Origin: Oikopleura dioica
Taxonomy: Eukaryota > Animalia > Chordata
Direction: 5' to 3'
DNA: 64,000 nucleotides
NCBI GenBank assembly: GCA_907165135.1
Contig: OU015567.1
Location: 2,170,001-2,234,000 of the forward strand
The translations under genes were made by a program, and so were the position numbers. Positions 48,937 through 59,103 of the stretch are shown here, one piece after another. Below the pieces are notes generated by a model. It saw only the letters and a program-made list of their open reading frames with translations, had not been told where the DNA came from and searched no databases. Numbering within the stretch: the stretch's first letter is position 1; each line of letters begins with the position of its first letter.

Positions 48937-51936
48937 ATCCATTGATGCAAAATTAACTCCGAAAAGGAAAAAAACAAGGCAAGCGAGTCACATTTCTAAT
49001 ATGGCGATTGTCGGATGGCATCTGTCACAGCTCAATTTTAAAGAAGAAAAGGAAAAATAATTGAGGAAGCAACTCCTCAAATCAATTCTAAGCCAATTAG
49101 CTCCGTACAACGACTAATCGCCTCTTTAGTAGGCCACGAAGTGTCTTAATTTGCCTTTACTGGCTTCTCAATTATTGATTTTTCTTATTTTTTTCATTAA
49201 ATTAACCCTTTATTTAACCCTTTCTCGCGAGAATAATGTAAATTTCGCGCGCGATGGGTCCAAAATCAAAATAATCAAACAATAATCTACCCGCCTTGCC
49301 GTGAAGAATAGACATTATAAATAGCCACTATCTATATTTAAAAATAGAACAAAATGTTTAACAAATTTAATATAGAGCTCGTTGTTCGAGGTAAATATCG
49401 TAAAACAAGCCTTTCGTTGGGAGAAAAAGTCTGAATAAAAAATAATTTTTACGATCTTGACCGCTCAAAATTCAAATTCTTCAAAGCAGGAATAAATGAA
49501 AGATTCATAATTTTCGAAATTTCAATTAGCGCCGTCGAAATTCTCACGCCTTGTTCTGCTCTTGAAAGTTTATTACCGGCCCCCTCCTATTGCTTTGTTC
49601 ATGGAAAAATATCGATAAGGCAAGAGGAGCTCTAGGAAAAATCGAAAATTTCTCGAGTGCCGCTTAGATAAGATTTCAATACAGCCTGCTGGAATTATTC
49701 AGTAGGCTGTCACCTGCACAGCGGGCTTTTTTTTCGCTTTCACTTTCTTTTTATTTTGATAAAATTAATTTTCCTCTAAGAAAATTTTCGAATAAACAAT
49801 CAAGAAATAACTATTCAAAAAATTCTTTTTAGAAAAGTTCGAAATTGGCAAAAGAGAAACTTTCTCTTTACTCAAGAGGTTAATACTTTTAGCCTTCAAA
49901 ATGAACTCTCAAACTGATCCCAGCTCATCTTTCGAGGCTTTAGCCTTTTAGCCGAATATGATAGAATTTATTGATTAGAGACGAGATGAAATCTTTATTC
50001 AGTGTTCTCCTCACTGACAGCTTCTTGTCAAAAGAAAGTTTGTTCTGCAAATCCACTGGGGATCCTCCTCGTAATAAAACTGTAATTAAACTTGGATACG
50101 GTTACCAGCAGTTCATCACGGAGCAGAAAATAAGGGGAGGAGGCATGAATCGACAAAAATATTATATCATTCTGACAAAAATTCTAGTCAATCTGTAAAC
50201 CAATCAGAAAGCCCAATTCGGCTGGTAAGCAAATCAGATTTCAGAAAAAATTTTCGGAAAAAATTCTAATTTTTAGTTTTTTTCGACTCAAAGCATCTAC
50301 CCGAAATTTTCGGGCCGAAAATGATGATTGAAATTTGAAAAATCTGCTCATTTGTAAAAGTTGTCCGAATCATAAGAACATGAATCAGAAACGCTCTAAA
50401 TTCGGCGAGATTCGGCCACGTCTAATTTGCCATTTTCCCGTTGCATCTCGTCTAAGGTCAATCGGACGCCACCAAGCCAGATCAACCCTTTTTCTTTTTC
50501 CAAAAGAAGCTTTTCCAAAAATCCCAAATCATCAATTCGTTCAAATTCTCAATTAAAGCTCTTTCCCCCTCTTCTTGAATTGGAAAAAGACACACTTTGA
50601 TTTGAAGAGCTTTTCAATCACTTTTTGATTTGTTCAATCGAACACTCTGTTACAGCTCATTTCACTTGACGGAAGTTTCCGACCTGAAATTCTTGCTTGT
50701 AAAAAGCATTGGCATTGGCGAAATCGCCCCTCCCTTTTTAGAAATCGAAGAAAAAGGGGGAGAAATAATGCAAATGTAAATTTCCGGCTGGATGAGCAGG
50801 CAAACTTGCCCGAATCACCGGCCTGGATCCAAGATTAGCGATATTAATGCGCTGCAAATGCGAAAAGAAAACCGGATTTTTGAATGATAACGAAGATACC
50901 CCTTAAAAATCGCTCAAAAAGGTTAATTTGCCGATTTTTGAGATCTAAAAGAGTCTTTTGTAATAAAAAAGCTTCAAATTTCGGTTTTTAAACCACTTTT
51001 AGGGCCTTTCATTCAGTCGATAAATAAGGGTGTCACAATGAAAGAGGATGAGTTTTTACCTGTCAAATTTTCTTAAATTTTTCTTCTTCTTCTCAGAAAA
51101 ACCTCTACTTTTTCAAGTCATAATCTCTTTATTATAAAAAGTATCTTTATATCCAACTGTTTATTTTTAGTTCAGGATAAAAGTGTCAACAAAGTCTATA
51201 AAAAGTTAAATAGCTATTTTAGGAGCAAAAAAGAAGCGCTTGCGGTGTGAAACAACGCGCGCGTTGCTAGCGCAATCTCTCTTGCTCCACCCAGCGGAGC
51301 GCGCACCAAGCGCTTTTTTTTCTCGGCGCTACCACCGCGCGCTTTTTTTTTGGGAGAATATATCGGAGAACGCCGATTCTGGCGATGATAAGTTAGGGTA
51401 AAATGGATGGAAAACTGTTGATAGAACGTTGCTAGGGAAAGCGAAAGTACAGAAACAAATTAATTTGAGTATTCAAAAATAACTAGGATTTTTTTATTTC
51501 TAATAGTTCCATAAGAATTCAAATTTATGGTTTTTCAAACTGGCAAAATTTTTAAAAGCCCTTTTTCATGATAAATTATCGTTGATAATAGAAATTTATT
51601 CAACTGGATCGGCCTTTTTATCGTCAAGAAATTTCTAAAATATGAAATAATTACATATGTACGAGAAGATTCAATTTCAATGAAAGCATTTAGTGATCGG
51701 CATGTAACGTGAATCTACCCGAAATTTGTCCGTTTTTAGCGTTTTGAGGTCGCGAAATAAAGTTTCAAGTTTTCGACAAAGTGAAGAAATTTGTCCGTCC
51801 ACGTTGGCCCAGCGAGCTCAATCAACCTTTTTCGGCGGAAATAGATTATGCTGTGGTTTAATCGAATGCTCCAGAGGATTTTTGCGATTCGATGACATTT
51901 CAGGGCTTTTTTAGAAAGATACGGTTGTTTTTCGTA

Positions 51937-52097
51937 CAGTGGGTTGCGCAGGTAGTTGCCCCCTAAAGAGCGGGCGAAGGGTCAACCAATCCTGCAATCA
52001 CTTTGAGCAAGTCTAGAAAGAAACAATAGAAAAAGCGCGGGCGAAGGGGCAACCAAAGCGGCAATCGCAAAGGGGCAACTACCTGCGCAACCCACTG
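51937..52097. mobile_element. Tc1/mariner-type MITE, 161 bp
   Basis: Perfect TIRs CAGTGGGTTGCGCAGGTAGTTGCCCC / GGGGCAACTACCTGCGCAACCCACTG; TA on both sides (51935-51936, 52098-52099). Confidence 0.9.
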
Positions 52098-53470
52098 TAT
52101 CTTAAATAATATAAAATATAAAATAAAAAAATATAATAAAAAATGAAAAAAAAATTCGACTCAAAAATTTTCCACCCTAGAAAATCCATTTTTCTAGTCA
52201 TAAAGCTTAAAATTTGACTTGTTGCTTTTTGAAAAAAGGTCAACCCAGATAACTCATTAATTAAGCCTCCCTGACGTCTTGAAATCTAATTAGAATGATT
52301 TTGATTAGCACCTCGTGACTCGACAAAAATATTATTACGCGTAGGACTAATGATATCAGTGGGTGAGTTTGAAACATAATTATCGATGTTATCTTTCTCC
52401 CGGACGGAGGACTTATTTTTTCATTAGGTTCACGTTTTTCTGCCGACTTTCAAATTGGTTCTTTTTTGAACATATCCTGAAAAGAAAAAAAAGAGGGGAA
52501 AAGAAGCAACCATTTCCAAAAATATTAATCCCGTCCTAAACACGCCATTATGAGTTGTTATTTGCGCTCAAAACTTCCATTTCCCAAAGGCCACCTTTTT
52601 TTTCCAAGGCCGAAAATAGATCTCAATAATTTAAAGAGCAGGATTTATTGAGATTTAATATTTTTTATAAATCTTAAACCGCAGCGCCATATGGAGGGGC
52701 TCGATCAATTAATCCCTTTTTTAACCCCCCGAGATCCCAACGGACGTCACTTATTTTTCCCTTGACAAACCTGTTTATGAGCTTATTAGCGAAGAAAAAC
52801 GATCGTTACTGAAAGTCTTGTCTTCAAGGAAATGAAAGAAGCGATTGATGATCTTCGCCGAAATTTACAGTAAACTGAACAGTTACGAAAACGCGGTAGT
52901 GATGGTGTCAACCAGGCGCGAAACTTTATTCGTTGAGTGTCAACCCAAATGAGTTGTTGTGAATACCCCACACGTTTTCATTAAATATCTTCAGTTGCAG
53001 CAGATTCTAGCGCAAATACGGTCCACGCAGCGACGATAATATTAAATATCAAATATCGTGTAAATCAAATTTTTCTAATGATCGTTTTCACCCTTTTTTC
53101 CGAGGGGAAATTTCGAATTTGCGCCGTGGAAAAAAACCGCCAAAAGACGGCTTCAGATTAGTCTCGGACATGTAATGAAGTTTCGCTAGACCTCGGTTAG
53201 AGATACTAGGAAACCGAGTCAAAAGTGACTGAGATTTTTTCTTTCAATTAGCTAATCAGCAATAAGAAATTCTTTCCTGATTTCTCGGCGCTAGAATTTG
53301 CTTGAAAACAGACTGAAAGTCAGCTGGTTTTGCGGCTGTCGGCGGTCAATTTGAAATTTAGTTAGATACACAAATTAGCGAAAAAACACGCATCTTGGAC
53401 ATTTCTCTAGAATCAAATCAGTAAGGTGAAGTTTACCAACAACTTACGTCAGTGAAAATTTTCTAAAAAG

Positions 53471-54181
53471 ATGGAGGTCGACAATGAAAGCTCCAACTCT
53501 TCCTCGCCCGCCCAGGAAAATCAAGAAGTTCAAGAAGTGAACCCTCCATCAAATGAAGCAGAAAGTACTGATGTTGAACCAATGGAGCAAGGAGAGGTAA
53601 ATTTATATTTTTAAATAATTCATAAACTGATGAAAACAAAGGAAGCGGAAGAATTCGAAGGCCCGCAGTATCTTCCTGATGAAGAACAACCTCCGGCGAT
53701 TCTACCTTCGTCAACTGGCGTGATCGGAGATGGACAACCAGAGCCCGGTACTGTTCCTGAGGATATGGTAAGATAGAATAGGGGGACAAAAGGGTTGAAG
53801 TATTTGTTTTAGTATCCAAGTTCAAGCGATGAAGAAGAAGACCAGCAGAGAAAAGAAGAATGGGAAAGAGCCGGAGTGAAGGTAACAGGGGGAGAAAGGT
53901 TGTTTTGATGACAATTTCAGAATTCGCTGCGAAAATACAGAATCGATGACAAAAAGGCCCTAGAAGTTCTGAACAAGCACATAACCCGAATGGGGACGAT
54001 GTACATGTGGGGCAAAACACCACGCGGAATCGAACGACGATGGCACGATTACTGGCCACAACCTGACCGAGAATGCAGATCTGAACTCTGCCCCTGCAGA
54101 AATGTCGAACTGAGTTCGAAGAAATGCAAATGCAGAAAGTGCGAACGGCTCAGAATCGATCCAATTTCAAGAGACTGGTGA
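53471..54181 (+). CDS. Orphan acidic protein with C-terminal six-Cys cluster, four exons
   Basis: ATG at 53471; three canonical phase-0 GT-AG introns keep the frame; very E/P-rich N-terminus; C-terminus CRSELCPCRNVELSSKKCKCRKCERL..RDW stop. Confidence 0.7.
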
Positions 54182-54295
54182 ATTTTTTCTCTTGCCCTTT
54201 TCTGTTATTTTTAACATTAATAAACACTTAAAAATTTTAAACTTGACCAAATCAAATTAAATACGCATTCAAGGCAAAAAAGATGTCTTTGTTAA

Positions 54296-54889
54296 CCCCT
54301 GCCCGCATATCGACCTACGCGTAGGTAAATTGACTTTTAAACGCGATTATCTCGCGATTGGTAAATATTTTCTATAAAGCTGACCCCCACATATCGGGCT
54401 ACTTTTTAATGGAGAATCAGGATCTGAGGTCAAAATAAAATTTATTTAAAGATTTAAGATTTTAGCAATTGAGCGAAATTTTGATCTCGGGTCAACATGA
54501 CAAAACCCAACTTTGATTCAACTGTTCTCGGCAAGATCTATTTGATCAAATTAATACTCAGTAGATAATAAAAGTTCGGAATTCTAATTCTATTCTATTT
54601 TACTGTATTTATGACTGCATGAAAATATTTGAGTTTATTTTGGACGAGATTTGGAGCGCTGACGACTTATTCTTTTATCAAAAATGAGTACTTTTGAAAA
54701 GATGACATTTGTTGACATTTGACATCTGACATTTGACATTTGATCATGTCCAGGAGAAAGCTCAGCCTTTAATCTTTCCATCTATGTCCTTTGGAAAATT
54801 TTATTCCGACTAAAAGACCCCAAAAAGGCCCGACCTACGCGTAGGTCGATATGCGGGCAGGGGTGACAAATTTTTCATGCGGGCAGGGG
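54296..54889. mobile_element. piggyBac-type MITE, 594 bp
   Basis: TTAA|CCCCTGCCCGCAT ... ATGCGGGCAGGGG|TTAA; an internal copy of the longer inverted repeat (ACCTACGCGTAGGTCGATATGCGGGCAGGGG) lies just inside the right end. Confidence 0.88.
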
Positions 54890-54970
54890 TTAACCTTTTT
54901 CGTTCGATTATCAAAAGAAAAATTTTATTTGTGTTGCAAAAATAGAGAAAAGGTAAAAAGACACGGGTAT

Positions 54971-56150
54971 CTACAGTAAATTCTGCTCGAGCTTTTGAAG
55001 TGCAGCTGCGACTTGAGACATTGTCGAAGAATCATCAGATAGATCATCCTCATCTGAGAAGGATTGTTCATTTCGAGGACTAGAACTTTGACCAGCAGAT
55101 GGAGTTGGAGTTTGAAGGTATTTCTTGAGGATTTTTTGGCGTTTCTTCAATTTTTTGCTGAAGAAAAAATCAGAATTTTAAGAAAGTAAGAGTTTTTGAA
55201 AACGTACCATTCTGCCTCTTTCTCTGGCGATTTGAGTTCCTTCGATTTGAGCATGATTTCGATCCTTTCCAACAAAATCTGTCCAAGCTGATTTTGCGCG
55301 TCAACTTTCTTATCTTGTTGAAGCTTTGTTATTGTGTGTTCCAATTCTGCTTTGTAGCTCTCTGCCATCATTTTGTATTTAGCGACTTCTTTCTTCAATG
55401 CCTCAATTTGGTGTTTCGCGACTTCAAGGTTTCTACCGACGTTGTTTTGGAGCGCTAAGTTTTGCTTTAGCGACTTGTTTTCTTCCTTGATTGCAGTTGA
55501 ATCTGAACGGAGCTGGTTGATTTCTTTTTGGCAGCTTCGCATGTCTTTTTCGCTTTCACTCTTAAATTTCTAATAAGCGACAAATGATGCCTTGAAATGG
55601 TACCTTTACAAAAGAAATAGATTCAGCCAGCCGACCGGCTCGGATTTGCTCTGTTTCAAGCTTTTTCTGCAGATCGTTCTTTTCTTCTACGGCCTTTTCC
55701 AGCCTTGAGGAGAGATCAACATTTTCGTTTGTCAGATTATCTACTGTCTTATCAAGCTGACTGTTTTCTCGTTTCAGCGATTCGACTTTAGAGATGCTCT
55801 CTGTCGCGATTTTTGCCGACTTTTTGCAGCTTTTTTCCAAGTTTTCAATGTTCTACTTTGAGTTCATCATTATTTTCAATTTTTAACTGTATCGTTTATT
55901 CGAAATGTGAACTGCCTAACTGAGCATCCGAGAAGTTCTTATCGTATTGCTCCATTTGTTTGATGACGCTCATTGCCAGTGGAATATTTCGCTTTTCAAT
56001 GGCGAAACGAAGGTTTTGAAGAAGCTGGGAGCATGGATTTGGAGTTGGGTGATTCGTTTGTTCTTCGATAAAGGAAGGCGGGGGGAGAGCAGGGAGGACT
56101 AGGAGCGGGAGTGGAGGAAATAACGCGGCACTCGATCCGTTTCATCCCCT
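54971..56150 (-). CDS. Long coiled-coil protein, start uncertain
   Basis: Heptad-rich ORFs 55562-55840 and 55147-55542 separated by short introns; last exon ..VAAALQKLEQNLL stop at 54971-54973. Confidence 0.65.
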
Positions 56151-56391
56151 ATAAAGATCGGTTTCGTAAAAATGAGACCTAGATTTTCGAAATTTTAATT
56201 GAATTATAGTTTGTAACAGGTAGTAATACAGAATTCGAGAGCATATAAAACCTCATCAAAATCGTCACTTCTGCTAGAAAAGACTTTAAGAACAGAATTC
56301 TTGAATATGAATTGAAAGAGAAATGAATGAGAAAAGTTATCACAATAAGTAAAAATGTATTTGCTGTTACAGAAAAGAAAGAAAAGATGAA

Positions 56392-57531
56392 TTAGTTGGA
56401 AAACTGGATCCGAACAATTTCATTGACCCGGATTCTTGAATCTATTCGATCGCCGGCTTTTCGAAAGAAGACGACGGAATCGATTGCGCATTCGAACGTA
56501 TCATGTGGCTGAAAAGTGATGAAAAGGGGAAGGCTGATAGCTTCATTTACCTGTGGAACTATTGAATCAAAAAACCCTTCGGAGTTTCGAGGAAAAAAGC
56601 TGATTTCGACTTTCGGTTCTTTTCCAAAAATGGCTTTGATTCCGCCGATGAGCTGGTTTCGTGTATGATTGAAGGATGCAGAAGCAGTTTCGCTTCGTTT
56701 GAGCTTGGAAAGCTTGCCAGGACCCGCCTTAAAATCGCCAGTAAGAACTCGACCGCCTTCGAGATGAATCTCATCCCAGGTTCCGCATTCTCCGATTGAT
56801 TCTAAAAAGATGTTGACCAAAATGGGCAAACGACTGAAAGTCGTGAAGGGATTGTACCTTTTATTCGAGCGGTTGTTTTTTCATCAAAGCCAGTCCAAGA
56901 CTTTGGCAAGACCAACTCCGAAAACACCCTCATCGGAGATGGCGTTTGACGATGAACCCAGTTCATAAACTCTTTTGCCGAGAGAACTTCTGGCTGGATT
57001 CCGATGGCGTAGGTGATCTTCAGGTTCTCTTTGGGAAAAATGACGAAACAGGAGATCTTGTCTTTGGGAATAGAGAGTTTTTCGCGAAAGAGGCACATTT
57101 TATGACGCGTTTTTTCGAGGACGTTTGCGTGGATTAATTCTGGCGGCGTCGAGTTTTTCTAAAATAAAAAAGTCAAGGGGAAGAAGGAGGGTGACCCTTA
57201 CGTTTCTGATCTGCTTCCATTCTCCAGTCGGCGTCAATTCAAGAGTTCCCGTCCAGTTCTTCACTTCGAACAGCGTTATTTTATTCCTCTGCTCGAGAAC
57301 CAGATCAATTTCGAACCTCCCTTCTGTTCCAGGAATTCGCACTGCTTGTCTGACTTTGCCCAGCTTCTGCAATTCCCTCAACACCATTTCTTCGCCCTTC
57401 CTTCCCGCCTCGACATGGCCCATCTCGAAGCTCTGTTTTGGGTTCGCAGCGACTTTGACCTTTTCCATTCGTCCTTGAACGCGTTCCAGCGCGTTTCCGG
57501 ACTCGTTGTTTTCACCACTTCCAAAACACAT
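56392..57531 (-). CDS. NERD (PD-(D/E)xK nuclease-related) domain protein, three exons
   Basis: AGRKGEEMVLRELQ..RIP..GRFEIDLVL..ITLFEVKNWTG matches the NERD pattern (G..GE, EIDlv, EvKnw.G). A canonical intron (gtaagg..ttttag, ~57157-57200) gives HANVLEKTRHK..SCFVIFP; the C-terminal domain starts TWDEIHLEGGRVLTGDFK. Confidence 0.8.
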
Positions 57532-58240
57532 TTCGGAGATGTTTGATAAAGAAGGGATTTCAGGGAGAGCAACTTTTGGAATCTCTGGGCTCTATAATGG
57601 AAGCTCTTTTTAAGTGAGAAAATGGACTAATTTCAACTGTTATTGAGGCCAAAGGCCGAGAAAGGACGAAGCCCGAAAAAGGTGTCGTCTTCCTCGCCTT
57701 TTTTTTAAAGAGGGGGCTTCCCTCTTCCTCGGCCTATGGGCCATAGTCTCAAGCTTATTTTCTTACCGGAATTCGACTTGACGCGTAGCTGGAAACTGCT
57801 GAAGCTGTATCACTGAAAGATAGTGTTAGGTACCATATTTTGATGGCTTAAGAATATTTATCAAAGAAATGCAACTGTAGAAAGACCTTATTGTCTGATA
57901 GAATTGCTCGTAATAGGATGCGGGAGGGCTCTCGCTCTCAAGCTCTGGGGGTAGGTTTGCTCTATTGTTTTCACTTTGCGTCATTTTTTATCCACTTATG
58001 ATCATTCTAAATTGGCGATTATCAAGATTGATCTTTTGGCAATACAATAAGTCAGATTCTGTCTCTTTTTATCTGCGTTAAATGCTCCTGATTGAACAAA
58101 ATATGGATTATTTAAAATTTCTGTTTTTGCCAGACAAAAATAACCGTGATGCGAGCCAGACATGAAAACAATCATGTGACCATACAATTTTGTCCTTATA
58201 CCTGGATAAATATATTTTCTGCTTTAATTTCTGATATAAG

Positions 58241-58530
58241 TAGGGTTTCCGGTAGAAAAAATGCTTACTTTTGATCCTCAAGGGTTTTTTTTTTACATTT
58301 TTATGGGCTATATGGATAGCTTAGATAATTTCAAGCAAGAATATGAAATAAAAAAGTAGTTGTATAATTTCGAAAGTTGGTCAAAAATGCCAAAATGTTA
58401 AAAAGTACGAATATTCAATCCCCTTTTTGACCAACATTCTTCCTCAGTATCTTCTAAGCTATCGATAGAGCCCATAAAAATGCAAAAAACCCCTTGAGGA
58501 TCGAAAGATAATTTTTGTCCGGAGACCCTA
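58241..58530. mobile_element. Degenerate hAT-like MITE, 290 bp
   Basis: TAGGGTTTCCGG..TTTGATCCTCAAGGG..TTTTATGGGCT..GATAGCTTAG is mirrored by CTAAGCTATC..AGCCCATAAAA..CCCTTGAGGATC..CCGGAGACCCTA. Confidence 0.7.
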
Positions 58531-58535
58531 GATAG

Positions 58536-58794
58536 TATTGAAGGGATCCTAGCTTCTGCTGAATCTCCCACTTCTAGCGTAGTTTGCCTGCTCTCTATAT
58601 CTGGACGAGTGAAGAAAACGAGTAAAGTATCTTTGACGTCTGTATTTCGAGCTGGAGTAAAATAGAGGTTAATTCACGAACTGCGTGAATTACCGAATGG
58701 AGAGAAATACACGGCGGCGACCGAGCAAAGCTCGATCTAGATAAGCAAGTGACCTTAGGGGACGAGGGAGTCTAACGAATCTAAGATCCCAATA
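58536..58794 (-). repeat. Putative 3' LTR of the gypsy element, 259 bp, termini TATTG...CAATA
   Basis: On the minus strand it follows a G6 polypurine tract (58795-58800), starts TATTGGGATC and ends GATCCCTTCAATA (terminal inverted repeat). The 5' LTR is outside the window. Confidence 0.65.
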
Positions 58795-59103
58795 CCCCCC
58801 ATGAGACTGAAACGTCCTCTAAGGCCAAAGTGTGTGATTTTTGCAGGAGTATAAGCGTAAGATGAGTAACATGGCAGGTTCGAAACGTCGAGGCAGTCTG
58901 ATTCGCGTTAAAAAACCCTTTTTTGGGAAAAAGCTTGAATCAGATGCGAAGTTTTCGTGATGTCCGAGCGGTGATGACATGAAGGAGTAGCTGCACATGT
59001 AGAAGAACTCAAAATACGTCGGCGACGGTAAACTGTGATAATTTCCGTACCTTTTCAGGCCCCGGTCGATGAATAGGGGACCTGAGTGGGGCAGTACTTG
59101 CGC

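Noticed and set aside
47600-50560. Short ORFs in the gene-poor region (e.g. 49971-50198, 48561-48767)
   Set aside because: Low-complexity AT-rich translations with no motif or consistent exon chain.
53463-54059. 198-aa minus-strand ORF
   Set aside because: Antisense shadow of the plus-strand gene, which has clean splice sites; it runs through introns and has no motif.
58755-58820. Hammerhead ribozyme (GGACG..GAAAC GTCC)
   Set aside because: The CUGANGA core is absent (closest CTAACGA/CCCATGA); the pairing is better explained as LTR end structure.
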